Assembly: GCA_009914755.4 (NCBI GenBank) | Contig: CP068257.2 | Location: forward strand, 2,912,001-2,976,000 | Reading direction: 5' to 3' | From: the human T2T-CHM13v2.0 reference genome, Homo sapiens | Length of the DNA: 64,000 nt | Shown here: in pieces, positions 10,986-27,254 of the stretch | How the letters are laid out: every line of letters starts with the position of its first letter | Position numbering within the stretch: the first letter of the stretch is position 1 | Program-made: the position numbers and the translations under genes | Notes under the pieces: model-generated | What the model was told of the DNA's origin: nothing | The model's input: only the letters and a program-made list of their open reading frames with translations | The model's database searches: none

Positions 10986-13519
10986 CCACCTCATACTCAT
11001 GTTTTTTCAAGTTTTATTTTAAGTTCAGTGGTCCATATGTGATAAGCTTTTTTTTCAACTTTTATTTTAAGTTTAGGGGTCCATGTGCAGGCTATGCAGG
11101 TCTCTTACATAGATAAACGTGTGCCATTGTGGTTTACTGCACAGATCATCTCATCACCTAGGTACTAAGCCCAGCATCTGCAGCTATTCTTCCTGCTGCT
11201 CTCCTTCCCCTCCCCCATGCCATGAAACAGGTGTCCAGTGTGTGTTGTTCTTCCTGATGTGTCCATGTGTTCTCATTGATCTGCTTCTGCTAACAAGTTA
11301 GAATAATAATAGGTGGTGTTTGGTTTTCTGTTCCTGCATTAGTTTGCTGGGAGTAATGGCTTCAAATTCCAACCATGTCCCTGCAAAGGACATCATCTCA
11401 TTACATTTTATGGCTTCACAGTGTTCCATGGTGTATGTGTACCACATTTTCTTTATCCAGTATATCATTGATGGGCATGTAGATTGATTACATGACGTTG
11501 CTATTGTAAATATTGCTGCAATGAACATATGTATACATGTTTATTTAAAATAGATTTATATTCCTTTAGGTGTATGCCCAGTAATAGTATTGCTGGGTCA
11601 AATGGTATTTCTGCTTCTAGGTCTTTGAGGAATCTCTGCACTCTCTTCCACAATGCTTGAAATAATTTACAATCCCACCAACAGTGTAAAAGTGTTCCCT
11701 TTTCTCCACAACCTCACCAGCATCTGTTTTTATTTCTTTTTTACTTTTTATTAATAGATATTGTAATTGGTGTGAGATGGTATCTCATTGTTGTTTTGAT
11801 GTGTATTTATCCAGTTATCAGTGATGTTGAGCTTTCCATGTTTGTTGGGCACATGTATGTCTTCTTTTGAGATATGTCTGTTCATGTCCTTTGACCACTT
11901 TTTAATGAGGTTGTTTGTTTTTCTCTTGTAAATTTTAAGTCCCTCATAGATTCTGGGTATTACACATTTGTCAGATGAATAGGTTGCAAAATTTTTCTCC
12001 CATTCTCTAGCTTTTCTGCTCTGATGATAGCTTCTTTGGCTCTGCAGAAGCTCTTTAGTTTAATTAGACCCCATTAGTCAATTTTTGCTTTTGTTGCTAT
12101 TTCTTTTGGTCTTTTTGTCATCAAATCTTTCCTCATGCCTATATCCTGAATGGTATTATCTAGATTTTTTCTTCTAAGGTTTTTATAGTTTTGGGTTTTA
12201 CATTCAAGTCTTTAATCCATCTTGAGTCAATTTTTGTCTATGGTGTTAGGAAGGGTTCCAGTCTTAATTCTCTGCACATGACTAGCCAGTTATCCTAGCA
12301 CCATTTATTGAATAGGGAGACTTTTCCCTAATTGTTTTTTTTGTTGACTTTGTCAAATATCAGGTTGTTGAAGGTTTTTGTCTTTATTTCTATGCTCTCT
12401 ATTTTGTTTCATTTGTCTATGTGTCTGTTTCTATACCAGTACCATGCTGTTTTTGTTACTGTACTCTTCTAGTACAGTTTGAAGTTAGGCAATGACACTT
12501 TCAGCTTTTTTTTTTTTTTCTTAAGGTTGGCTTGGCCATTTGGGCTCTTTTTTGGTTCCATATGGATTTTAAAAAGTTTTTTTTTTCTAATTATCTGAAG
12601 AATGTCAGTAGTTCAATGGGAACAGCATTGAATCTATAAATTACTTAGGGCAATATGCTCATATTCGTGGTACTGATTCTTTCTCTCCATGAGCATGGAA
12701 TGTTTCTCCATTTGTTTTGTGTCCACTCTGTTTCCTCTGAGTAGTTGTTTGTAGTTCTCCTGGAAGATATCCTTCACTTTCCTTCTTAGCTGTATTCCTT
12801 GGTATTTTTTTCTCTTTATAGCAAATGTGAATGAAAGTTCATTCACGATTTGTCTCCCTGCTTGCCTGTTGCTTGTGTATGGGAATGCTTGCTACTTTTG
12901 CACATTGATTTTATATCTTGAGATTTTGCTACTGCTGCTTATCACCTTAAGAAGCTTTGGGGCTGAGACGAAGAGGCTTTCTAGATATAGGGTCAGGTCA
13001 TCTGTAAACAAAGATAATTTGACTTTCTCTCTTTCTATTTGAATACTCTTTATTTCTTCCTCTGGCCTGATTTTCGTGGACAAGGTTTCCGAATGGGAGT
13101 TGTAATGGGAGTGGTGAGAGAGAGCATATTTTTCTTGTGCCGGTTTTCAGGGGGAATGTTTCCAGCTTTTGCACATTCAGTATGATATTGGCTGTGGGTT
13201 TGTTGTATATGGCTCTTATTATTTTGAGGTATGTTTCTTCAGTTCCTAGTTTATTGAGAATTTTAAACGTGAAGGAATGTTGAATTTTATTGGGTACTTT
13301 TTCTGCATCTATTGAGGTAATCATGTGGTTTTTTTATTTAGTTTTCTTTATGTGATGAGTCACATTTGTTGATTTGCATATGTTGAATCAACCTGGCATC
13401 CTGGGGACAAAGCCAATTCCATTGTGGTGGATGCACTTTTTAATGTGCTGCTGGGTTTGGTTTGCCAGTATTTTATTGAGGATGTTTGCACAGTGTTCAT
13501 CAAAGACATTGGCATGATG

Positions 13520-13552
<33 letters not shown>

Positions 13553-13989
13553 ATCTATGTTAGGTTTTGGTATCAGGATGATGCTGGCCTGATAGAATGA
13601 GTTAGAGAGAACTTCTTTGTCTTCATTTTTTTTTGGATAGTTTTAGGAGAAAATGTACTATCTCCTCTTTACCTCAAGTCAAATTCAGCTTGCTTGGTAG
13701 GCTAGTTCTTACTGCCTCAATTTCAGAACACACTATTGATCTATTCAGGGTTCAGTCTTTTGGAGAGTTTATTTTGCAAGGAAATTGTCCATTTCTTCTA
13801 GATTTTCTGGTTTATGAGCATAGAGGTGTTTATAGTATTCTCTGATCATTGTTCTTATTTCCATGGGATCAGTGATGATATCTCCCTTATTATTTCTATT
13901 TGTGTTTGGTTCTTTCTTTTCTTATTTATTTGCCTAACTAGTGTTCCATCTAGTTTTTTAATTTTTTTTTTTTTTTTCATAAAAACAGC

Positions 13990-14002
13990 TCCTGGATTGG
14001 TT

Positions 14003-14045
<43 letters not shown>
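13990..14045. repeat. Poly-T tract (~45 T) inside the L1
   Basis: An uninterrupted T run expands the short T-stretch normally present at this position of the reverse-complemented L1. Confidence 0.9.
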
Positions 14046-14048
<3 letters not shown>

Positions 14049-14202
14049 GAAGAGTTCTCAGTGTCTCTATCTCCTTCAGCTCTACTCTGATCTTGGCTAT
14101 TTCTTATTTTCTGCTAGCTTTCAGGTTTGTTTTCACTTGGTTTTCTTGTTCTTTTAACCAAGATGTTAGGCTGTTAACTTTAGATCTTTCTAATTTTTTT
14201 TT

Positions 14203-14502
<300 letters not shown>

Positions 14503-14899
14503 TGATGTGGACATTAGTGCTATAAATTTCCCTCTTTTCTTGGTTTCTGGTGATTATTTTATTCTATCTTGGTGAGTAGTCAGGGAAATAATCTTAAATT
14601 TACAATCAACTTATAGTTTAAATCTAAATAATTATGTGAGAAGAACCCTTTGTTATTTGAAGGGGATGTTTGAAGATTTTGTAACCGTGCCTTTTAGGTA
14701 GTCCTAAATTTCTAATTGTACTTAAAAACATGCCATTTTCATTTCTAACATATTAAGTATATGGTTTAGAAGTGGTAAGTATAGTTCTATTTTTTTTTTG
14801 CAATAGGTTTTAGATAATTTTTGTCTTACAAAAGTAAAAGTGAATACTCATTAATTCTGAAACAAGTTAGTTAGCTTGCTTTAGTTAGATAGCAAGAGA

Positions 14900-16060
<1,161 letters not shown>

Positions 16061-16710
16061 CAACACTTGGTTTCTTTGAGTTTGACTAAATATTTTACAT
16101 AGGTGTAATTATACAGTTTTCCTTTTTGACTGTCTTGTTTTACTTAACAGAATGTTTTCGAGATTTGTCCTTATTGTAGTACTTTTCAAGATTTCCTTAT
16201 TTTTAAGGCTGAATGCTATCCCAGTGAATATACGTGCCCTGTTTGTTGAATCTACTCATCCTTAAAGGTACATTGGCTTCCAGGTAGTATGTTTGTGAGT
16301 AATGCTACAGTGTACATAAATGTGCATATATCTATTCCATGTTCTGCTTTGCCTGTTTGGGATATTTTTCACACACTGATTTAGTACCATGTGTATTCCC
16401 TTGCTTTTGTTGTCTGATTCGTTGATGTTACATCCCCCAAATTATTGCTGAGACCAATTGTCATGAAGCTTCACCCTTCTGTATTGTGCTAGGAATTTTA
16501 CAGCTATAGATTTTACATTATAGTCTTCATATTTTAAAATTGACACATGTAATTGTACAAAATTTGGGGAAACAATTATGTATATATGTTGTATAGCAAT
16601 AAAAATCAGAGTACTTAGTGTAATTATTGCCTCATACATTTGTTATTTTTGTGGTGAGAACATTCAAAAGCTTCTTCTCTAGCTATTTTTTATATCTTTA
16701 TATATTAACT

Positions 16711-16990
16711 TTTTTTAGAGACAGGATCTTGCTCTAACACACAGATTGGAGTGCAGTGGTGCAATCCTAGCTCACTGTAACCTCAAACAATCTTCTAACC
16801 TCAGCTTCCCAATTAGCTGAGACTACAGGAACCTGCCTCCATGCCTGGATAATGTTTTAATTTTTCATAGAGACGGGGTCACACTATGTTGTCCAGGCTC
16901 ATCTTGAACTTCTGTCTTCAAGTGATTCTCCTACCTCATTCTCCCAAAATGTATGGATGGCAGGAATGTGCCACCACAACTGGTCTCTTT
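16711..16990 (-). mobile_element. Alu SINE (older, minus orientation)
   Basis: tttttttagagacaggatcttgctctaacacacagattggagtgcagtggtgcaatcctagctcactgtaacctcaaac…ttctcccaaaatgtatggatggcaggaatgtgccaccacaactggtc. Confidence 0.85.
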
Positions 16991-17169
16991 TAGCTATTTT
17001 GTAATATGAGATAACTTTTCATTAATTATTATTATTCTGCTGTGTAACAAAAAACAAAAACTTATTTCTCCTATCTAATTGTAACACAATACTTTTGAAG
17101 CTGCCTTTTCCCATCTCCCTGCTTCAGTCTCTGGTAACCCCTGTTGTACTCTTTGCTTATATCAACCCT

Positions 17170-18700
17170 TTTTTTCAGGTTCCTCAAATGAGTGAGATAA
17201 TAAGATCATAAAGTATTTGTGTTTCTCTATGTGGCTTATTTTACTTAACATGGTATGCTCAAGGTTCATCCATGCTCTTTTAACTGACAGAATTTTATCC
17301 TTTCTTATAGCTGAATAGTATTTCACTGTGCCTATATAGTACATTTTCCTTATCCATTTATCTGTTGCTGTACATTTGAATTGATTCCATATATAAGCTA
17401 TTATAACTAGTTCTGTAACTAACATGGAAATGCAAATATCTTTTTGACACAGTGATATCCTTTCTTTTGTATATACATGCAGGAGTAAAATTGCTGGATC
17501 ATGTAATACATCTATTTTTAATTTCTTTCAGAAACCTCCATAGTATTTTCTATAGTGGCCATACTAATTTACAATTCCACCAACAATGTATACATTCACT
17601 CATTTTATATCCTCATTAGTACTTGTTTTATTTATTTATTTATTTTTATTATAGCCATTCTAAATGGGAGTGAGGCGGTACCTCATTGTGGTTCGGATTT
17701 TCATTTCCTTAGTGATTAGTAATGTAGAACATATATTTATGTTCCAGTTACCCATTTTTGTATCACTTTTTGACAAACATCTATTGAGATCTTTTGCATT
17801 TTTTAATTAGATTATAAGTGTATTTTATTTTGAGATTTTAAAGTTTCTTATTTATTCTGAATATTAGCCTTTTGTCATATGTATAGCCTGAAAGCATTTT
17901 CTTTTATTGCCTAAGCTGTCTCTTCAATCTTTTAGTTTTTTTAATATGGAAAAGCATTTTAGTTTGACATAATGTTGTTTGCTTATTTTTGATTTTGTTG
18001 CCTATGTTTTGACATGTTATTTTAATAATCCTTTCCCCGTCGAATGTTATAAAGCATTTTTTAGTTTTTCTCTAATAGTTTCATAATTGATAGCATTACA
18101 TTTAAGTCTTTAGTTTGAATTGATTTTCATATATGGCAAGGCACAGGGGTCTAGTATTATTTTTCTGAATTTAAATGTTTAAATGGCCCTGCACCATTTA
18201 TTGAAGAAATTAGCTTTTCTCTAAAGTGTGTTCTTGGCAATTTTGTTGACAATCAGTTGGCTTTAGGTGCATAAACTAACTTCTGGGCTTCTTGGGCACA
18301 TTAGTCTATGTGTTTGTTTTTATGCCAGTACAGTGCTGTTTTGGTTACTATAGCTTTGTAGCAAGTTTTGAAGTTTGATAAAGTGATGCCTTTAGCTTTG
18401 CTTATTTTGCTCAAAGTTATTTGTCTATTCAGAGTTTTTTGTGGATCCACATAAATTTAAAATATTTTTTCTATTTCTGTGAAAAAATGTCATTGATATT
18501 TTGATAAAAATCACGTTAGTCTCTAGATCACTTTGGGTAGCTATATTAACAGTATTCTTCCAGTGTATAAACACAAGATTTTTTCATTTATTCATTTGTA
18601 TTTTATATTTTTTATCCATGTTTTGTCATGTTCAGAGTAGAGATCTTGTACCTTTAAAGTTAAGTTTGTTGCTAGGTGTATTAGTCGGGCTCCCTAGAGA
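17170..18700 (-). mobile_element. Ancient L1 (L1M-like) 3' portion, minus orientation
   Basis: Diverged reverse-complement L1 3' region (…ggtatgctcaaggttcatccatg…, …gctggatcatgtaatacatctatttttaatttctttcagaaacctccatagtattttctatagtggccatactaatttacaattccaccaacaatgtataca…, …ccagtacagtgctgttttggttactatagctttgtagcaagttttgaagtttgataaagtgatgcctttagctttgcttattttgctcaaag…). Confidence 0.75.
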
Positions 18701-19075
18701 GATCACAAGATCTCACAATAGGTTGTCTGCAAGTTTTAGGAGCAAGGAGAGGCAGTCCACGTCCCAACGCTGAAGAACTTGGAGTCTGGTGTTTGAGGGC
18801 TGGAAGCGTCCAGCACAGGAGAAAGATGTAGACTGGGAGCTTAGGCCAGTCTCTCCTTTTTAAGTTTTCCTGCCTACTTTATATTCATTGGCAGCTTATT
18901 AGATGGTGCTCACCCAATTAAGAGTGGGCCTCCCTTTCCCAGCCCACTGACTCAAATGTTAATCTCGTTTGTCAACACCCTCACAGGCACACCCAGGATC
19001 AATGCTTTCTATCCTCCAATCCAATCAATTTGACTGCCAGTATAGCTTAATTGGATGAAATTCAACATTCATTAT
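18670..19075. mobile_element. Ancient interspersed repeat, LTR-like (family uncertain)
   Basis: The sequence belongs to a common old repeat family whose name I cannot recall (tgtattagtcgggctccctagagagatcacaag…cccacaataggttgtctgcaagtt…caaggagaggcagtccacgtcccaacgctgaagaacttggagtc…cccagcccactgactcaaatgttaatctc…aacaccctcacaggcacacccaggatcaatgctttc). Confidence 0.35.
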
Positions 19076-19480
19076 GATGAAAACTCTCAACAAATTAGTT
19101 CCTCAACACAATAAAGGCCATTTATGACAAAGCAATGCTAACATTATACTGAATAAGGAAAAGCTGAAAGCTTTCTTTCTGAGATCCGGAACAAGACTAA
19201 TCATCCCCACTTTCAGACCTCTTATTCAACATAGTACTGGAAGTCCTAGCCAAGGACATTATGCAAGAGGTAGAAATAAACTCATACTAATAGGAAAGGA
19301 CGAAGTCAAATGGTCTCTGATTGTGGACAAAATAATCTTATATGTGAAAAACTCTAAACACTACACCAAAACCTAATAGAACTACTAAACAAATTCTGTA
19401 ACATTGCAGAAAATCAACAGAGTAGCAGCTTTCTGTATGCTGATAGCAAAACATCTGAAAAATAAAGTTTAAAATTCCAT
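19075..19480 (+). mobile_element. L1 ORF2 internal fragment (plus orientation)
   Basis: L1 ORF2 sequence …atcatccccactttcagacctcttattcaacatagtactggaagtcctagccaaggacattatgcaagaggtagaaataaa… is visible. Confidence 0.7.
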
Positions 19481-19528
19481 TTTAAAAACTAACAAAAATT
19501 AGTTATTTTGAGTTTATTTCTTTATATG

Positions 19529-19810
19529 AGGTGGAGTCTTTCTCTGTCGCCAGGCTGAAGCACAGTGGTGTGATCTCCGCTCACTGAAACTCTTGCCTCC
19601 TGGGTTCCAGAGACTCTCCTGCCTCTGCCTACTGAGTGGCTGGAACTATAGGTGTGTGCCACCACCGCCAACTAATTTTTGTTTGTATTTTTAGTAGACA
19701 CTTGGTTTCCCCATGTTGGCTAGGATGGTCTTGATCTCCTGACCTTGTGATTCACTTGCCTCAGCCTCCCAAAGTGCTGGGATTACAGGTGTGAGCCACC
19801 GCACCCGGCC
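19529..19810 (-). mobile_element. Alu SINE (minus orientation)
   Basis: gaggtggagtctttctctgtcgccaggctgaagcacagtggtgtgatctccgctcactgaaactc…gcctcagcctcccaaagtgctgggattacaggtgtgagccaccgcacccggcc. Confidence 0.9.
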
Positions 19811-19829
19811 TTGAGCTTATGTTTTTATT

Positions 19830-20210
19830 GGTGCAAGGTAAGGTGTAAGTTTGTTATTTTTTCCTTGTAAATTTTTATTATTCCCAATACTGTTTGTTGA
19901 AGAGACTGTTCTTTCCTTATTGTGAATTCTTGGAACAGTTTTTAAAAATACATTTACTAAACCCATGAGGTCTTATGTCTGAACACTCTCATCTGTTTCA
20001 TCATTCATTTGTCTTTATGTCAGTACCAAACTGTTTTGATTACTATACCTTTATAGTATGTTTTGAAATTAGAAAGTATGAAGCCTCTATCTTTTTTTTT
20101 TCCCAATATTATTTGGCTGTTTGCGATCACTTGAAATTCCATAAAAATTATAGAATATTTTAAAACTTCTGCAAAAAGTTTCATTGGTATTTTGTTAGAA
20201 AGTATATTGA
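19830..20210 (-). mobile_element. Ancient L1 fragment (minus orientation)
   Basis: Diverged reverse-complement L1 3' region (…gtcagtaccaaactgttttgattactatacctttatagtatgttttgaaattagaaagtatgaagcctc…attccataaaaattatagaatatttta…tttcattggtattttgttagaaag). Confidence 0.5.
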
Positions 20211-20213
20211 ATC

Positions 20214-20525
<312 letters not shown>

Positions 20526-21019
20526 TCAGTAAACCACTTTCAGTAGTAGTGACATGTTAACAACATTAAGTCTATAACCTCTTGAACAAGAGTGTGTTTG
20601 AGAATTTGTTGTTTAATTTTCACTTATTCTTTGACATGCTAGTGTTTTTAACTTCTTGTTTTATTGTATCATAGTTAGCAATAATTTTGTAATTCCATCT
20701 GCTTAAATTTGCTAAGATTCATTTTTTAACTTAACAGGTGGTCTCTCTGGAATATTGTGGCATGTGTGATTAAAAGTATTGCAGATTCTACTGTTGAGTG
20801 GAGAGATATAAATGTGACTGTTAGGTCTAATTGTTCTATCGTGTTGTTGAAATCCTCTGTTTACTTATCCATCTTATGTTTGTTTTTTAATTTACATTAC
20901 TAAAAGTCAGATATAAAAGTCATTTACTGTTATCAGGTGCTGGCTACTTCATGTTTCAATTCTGTAAAATGTTGCTTCATATGTTTGGGAACTGTGATGT
21001 AAGGCACATACGTTACTGT

Positions 21020-21125
21020 TGTTGCTTTTATTGTTGTATGTTGTTTTAATGTTGTTGCTTTTATTGTTGTATGTTGCTTTATTGTTGTTGCTTTTATTGT
21101 TGTTGTTTTTATTGTCATTTTCCTC
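21020..21125. repeat. T/G-rich minisatellite of about five ~20-bp units
   Basis: Tandem copies of 'ttgttg(c)ttttattgttgtatg' variants (ttgttgcttttattgttgtatgttgttttaatgttgttgcttttattgttgtatgttgctttattgttgttgcttttattgttgttgtttttattgtc). On the reverse strand the ORF track shows this as the TTIKATTIKQHTTIKATT repeat peptide. Confidence 0.85.
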
Positions 21126-21405
21126 TTGTCTCTTGAGGAAGTTTTTGATATAATATGTATTTTGTCTACCATGACAGTATTTGATTTTGCATTTAATATT
21201 TTTTATTATTCTTTCATGTACAGGTTATATGTGTTCCAGATCATAATTTGGTTATTTGTAGGAAGCCGAGAGTTGAATCTTGTTTCATGAATTTATTTAG
21301 TGAAAGTATGTTTTTGATTGACATAATTGATTTATATAAAAAAGTTACTAAAAGGGAATGATTTCGTATTGCATTTTGTTTCTTTTTTGTTTTAGGTCCT
21401 GCAGC

Positions 21406-21714
21406 TTTTTTTTTTTTTTTTTTTTTTGAGACGGAGTCTCTCTCTGTCGCCCAGGTTGGAGTGCAGTGGTGAGATCTTGGCTCAAAGTAAGCTCTGCCTC
21501 CCGGGTTCATGCCATTCTCCTGTCTCAGATTCCCCAGCAGCTGGGATTGCAGGAGCCTGCCACCACTCCCGGCTATTTTTCTTTTTTTTTTTTTGGTAGA
21601 GACGTGGTTTCACCGTGTTAGCCAGGATGGGCTCGATCTACTGACCTCGTTGATCCACCCACCTCGGCCTCCCAAATTGCTAGGATTACAAGCGTGACCC
21701 ACCGCCCCTGGCCG
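21406..21714 (-). mobile_element. Alu SINE (minus orientation) with long poly-T
   Basis: A T run of ~21 nt followed by gagacggagtctctctctgtcgcccaggttggagtgcagtggtgagatcttggctcaaagtaagctctgcctcccgggttcatgccattctcctg…cctcccaaattgctaggattacaagcgtgacccaccgcccctggccgg. Confidence 0.9.
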
Positions 21715-21857
21715 GTCCTGTAGCTATTTCGTTCTTGTTTTTCTCTCTTGTTCTCTTTCTTAGTGTACTATTGATTTTTGTAGGGACATGTTTTAATTCT
21801 TTTCTCACTACTCTCTGTGTGTGTATGTCTTTGTGTGTGTGTACTATAGGTATTTCC

Positions 21858-22090
21858 TTTTTTTTTTTTTTTTTGACAGGGTCTTGCTCTGTCACCCAGG
21901 CTGGAGTGCAGTGGCACAATCTCTGCTTACTCAAGCTCTGCCTCTCAGGCTCAACTCAAACAATCCTCCCACCACAGCCTTCTGAGTACCTGGGACCACA
22001 GATGTGCACCACTACTCCTGGCTAACAGTTGTTATTTTGCATAGAGACAGGGTTTTGCCATGTTGCCCAGACTAGTCTCAAAATCCTAAG
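21858..22090 (-). mobile_element. Alu SINE, 5'-truncated older copy (minus orientation)
   Basis: A T run of ~17 nt followed by gacagggtcttgctctgtcacccaggctggagtgcagtggcacaatctctgcttactcaagctctgcctctcaggctcaactcaaacaatcctcc…gacagggttttgccatgttgcccagactagtctcaaaatcc. Confidence 0.8.
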
Positions 22091-23284
22091 AACTGTAGGT
22101 ATTTTCTTTGTTGTTACTATAGATATTACCAAGAATAACTACTATTGCATATAAAACCCTGCCTCTTTATGGCTCCCTATGTGTTTTATTGATGTCACAA
22201 ATTATATCATTTTGTGTTGTGAATCTATTGGCACAGATTTATAGTCATTTTTAAGTCTTTGTTATCTCAAATATATAGCAGAATTAAAGTATTCTGTGCA
22301 TCTTCATTATAATTACAAAGAATATTATGATTGTGTACATAATTTTCTCTATTAGAAAAGGTCATATTTTACATAATTTTGTGTTGCTCTCATCATTATT
22401 TCATTTTTTAATATGAATGACTATTTAGCATTTTTTAAGACAGGCCTAGTGGGTATAAATTTATACAGTTTTTGTTGATCTTGAATATTCTTTATTTTTA
22501 TTTTTTAATTCATTTGAAATGATAGTTTTGGCAGACATAGTGTTCTTGGCTGGTACTTGCCATTTTTTCAGCACTTTGAGTATGTCATCCTACAACCTCT
22601 TACCTGTAAGTTTTTTTGCTGAGACATCTGCTGGTCATCCTGCAGGGGTAAACTTGTACATGCTAAGTCACTTTTTTCTTGCTGACTTCAAGATTCTCGG
22701 TGTTTTAACTTTTGAATCTCTGATTATAATGTGTCTTGTCATGGGTCTCCCTGTGTTGTTACTAGTTAGAGTTGGTAAAGTTTCATTAAATTTTAGGTCA
22801 TTTTCTCCCTCAAATTCTGAGTTCTCTGTCACTGTTTGTTTCTTGAAATAACTTTGCTGCTCTCTTTTCTCTTTTTATTTTAGAATTCCCATTATGAGTA
22901 TATTGGCCATCTTAATGGTATCCTATAAGTCCCTTAGGCTCTCTTAATTTTTTAAATTATTTTTAGCCTCCTCACCCTATAATTTCAAATGACTTCTTAT
23001 GAGGCTTGCTGAATTTTTTCCTGCTAGATCAAACCTGTTGTTGGACCTTCTAGTGAATCTCTAAACTCAGGTATTTTACTTTTCAGCTCTACACTTTGTT
23101 TCTATTTTGCACTTTTAATCACTTCTTTGATAATCTCATTATCTTCATGCATTGTTTTCTTTTTCTGTTTAGTTTTCTATATTCTTCTTTAGCTGACTGA
23201 GCATCTTTAAGCTAGGTGTTTTAGCCAGGCACAGTGACACTTGCGTGTAACTCCAGCTACTTTGAAAGCTAAGGCAAGAGGGCT

Positions 23285-23606
23285 ACTGTATTAATCCATT
23301 ATCATGCTGATAATAAGGACATAAACAAGACTATGTAATTTATCATGAAAAAAGGTTTAATGGCCTCTCAGTTTCACATGGTTAGGGAGGTCTCACCATT
23401 ATTGGAACAAGCAAGAGACTGTTCAGGGGAACCTCCACTTATAAAACCATCAGATCACATGAGACTTATTTGTTATCATGAGAACAGCACGGGAAAATCC
23501 CACCCCCATGATTCAATTACCTCCCACAGGGTACCTCCCAGGACATATGGGGATTATTACAATTTAAGATGAGATTTGATTGGGGACACAGAGCCAAACC
23601 CTATCA
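23285..23606 (-). mobile_element. THE1/MST-type MaLR LTR (minus orientation)
   Basis: Reverse complement of the characteristic MaLR LTR (gtattaatccattatcatgctgataataaggacataaacaagactatgtaatttat…catgagaacagcacgggaaaatcccacccccatgattcaattacctcccacagggtacctcccaggacatatggggattattacaatttaagatgagatttgattggggacacagagccaaaccctatca). Confidence 0.8.
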
Positions 23607-23830
23607 ATTACTTAAAGCCAGGAGTTTGAGACTACCCCGGGCAATATTGTGAGAAGCTATTGGTAAAAAATATTTTCACATATTACTCAGGCATTGTGGA
23701 ATGTTCCTGTAGTCTCAGGAAGTTGGAGGCTGAGGTAAGATTATTCCTTGAGTTCCCCAGGAACTTGAGGCTGCATTGAGCTATAATCATGGTATTGTAT
23801 TCCTGTCTGGGTGAGAGAGTAAGACCTCTT
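23590..23830 (+). mobile_element. Alu-related monomer-like fragment (FLAM/old Alu)
   Basis: gccaggagtttgagactaccccgggcaatattgtgagaagc…tcaggcattgtggaatgttcctgtagtctcaggaagttggaggctgaggtaagattattccttgagttccccaggaacttgaggctgcattgagctataatcatggtattgtattcctgtctgggtgagagagtaagacctc. Confidence 0.5.
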
Positions 23831-24160
23831 TTTAGCATTTCAAATTTATTTTAGATTTAGGAGGTACCTACACAGGTTTTTTACATGGGTATTTTGTATA
23901 ATGCTGAGGTTTGAAGTATGAGTAATTCCATCAATCAGGTAGTGAGCATAGTACTAAGTAGACAGTTTTTCAGTTCCTGGTCCCTCCCTCTCTCCACCCT
24001 CTAAGAGTTGTCTATTATTTTTGTTTTTCTGTTCATGTGTACCCAGTGTTAATTTCCATTTATAAGTGAGAATATGCAGTATTTTCATTTTTCATTTCTG
24101 CATTAATTTGCTTTGTATAATGGCCTTTAGTTGTGTTAACGTTGCTGCAAAGGAGGTTTT
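23830..24160 (-). mobile_element. L1 3'-end fragment (minus orientation)
   Basis: Reverse-complement L1 3'UTR/ORF2 end (gttcatgtgtacccagtgttaatttccatttataagtgagaatatgcagtattttcatttttcatttctgcattaatttgctttgtataatggcctttagttgtgttaacgttgctgcaaaggag). Confidence 0.75.
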
Positions 24161-24215
24161 TTTTGTTTGTTTTTGCTAAGTAGTATTGCTGTACATGTGA
24201 CACTTTTTAAATTCA

Positions 24216-25700
<1,485 letters not shown>

Positions 25701-25753
25701 TTATTTTACTATTAATGATTTAAAGCTATTTTTTCTTAAAAGAGAAACAATTC

Positions 25754-26040
25754 CAGGTATGGTAGCTTGTGCCAGCACTTTCAGACTGAAGCAGTCGGAT
25801 TGCCTGAGACCAGGAGTTTGAGACCAGCCGAGGCAACACAGCAACATACTGTTTGTACAAATTTTTTTAAAGAAACTATACAGGAGGGGTAATGTGCACA
25901 ACTGTGGTCATATTTACTCAGGAGACATAGGAGGCATGACTGCTTGACTTCGAAATTTGAGGTTACAGTGAGCTGTGATTCCACCAGTGTACTCTGTCCC
26001 AGGAGATAAAGTAAGATCCTCTGCATAAAATGAAAAAGTA
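25754..26040 (+). mobile_element. Alu SINE (old, AluJ-like)
   Basis: ccaggtatggtagcttgtgccagcactttcagactgaagcagtcggattgcctgagaccaggagtttgagaccagccgaggcaacacagcaacatactgtttgtacaaattttttt…tgaggttacagtgagctgtgattccaccagtgtactctgtcccaggagataaagtaagatcctctgc. Confidence 0.75.
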
Positions 26041-27254
26041 AAGAAAAATAAAAAGATTTTAAGTTAAAAAAATAATTCCTAGATCTCCACTTCTTTAGGT
26101 TCACTTGAATATATATTTTTCTCCTTTGATTAGGTTATATTTCCTGGTTGCTTTTACTTACTGTAGTTTTGTTAAGGTTTTGATCAATTAAGAAACCACT
26201 ACCTATTTTATCCTTTATGAAAGAGCTTTATACATGGGAAAATTGACAACATTCAGCCACAGTAGTCATACTGGGAGCTTCTCCAATCTGTTGTCAAAAT
26301 GTGTCTTCTTTGGACTACTGTATGTATTTTCTTGTTAATAAGGTTTACCTCTGTTTCCTCTTAGGAGCCTTTAGTCTCTTCCCTTCGTCACTGTTGTAGG
26401 CACTACAGTCTCTGTTGTTGTAAGAAGCATTTATCTTTATTCTCAGTTGACCCAAGCTGTCATTTAAACTCAGTCTCTATTCTCATCAACACTAAATGTT
26501 AAAGGAAGCAATTTCCAGTCTTTAGATAACCCCGGTATAACTCAGTAAGTCAGAAGTTTGCATACGCATTTCACTCTTTTTTCTTTCCCAAAGGAGAATC
26601 ATGGAATGGACAGATTTTTATCTAACTGCGCTGTTCTGTAGTGCACAAATGTGACCAAATTTTCTTCTAAATGTGGTTATGGTTGGCTTTTTTCTCATGT
26701 GGGGTGCTACAAACTCAACTGGCTTTGTTCACCCAATTGTAGTTAAGTTCATATGTCAATGGAGAGAAACAGGATCTCAGGTTCTGCTTAAACTGTCATT
26801 GTCTTCTCAGCTGACCTCATTTTGTACATTAGATTTATAAAATATATTTACTTTAATCTCATCACCGAATTTTTAAAAAAATTATTATTTTTCAGCTCTT
26901 TTAGCAATATATCCAATCAAGACCCAGAGAAAACAGTACATAGAAGCTTCTTTTCAAAAAGTAATATTGGGAAGATATGGGAGCTCTGGCCTTGAACTTT
27001 TACACTTAGGAGAGTGGGAAATTGAAGGATAAGTGTAAACGGCACAAAGTATGCTATGATGAATATACCAGATATACAGCAATTACCTACAGCAAAAATG
27101 TCACTGCTAGAAGAGCTCAAAACCATAAAGTATTTTGGAAAAAGCATAATTAATGTTGATTCTTTTTTCTGAACTATATATTTATATAATTACATACCAA
27201 TAACAATTTTTGAAACATATCATGTTTTTGAAACAAAATTTAGAAAATCGCAAT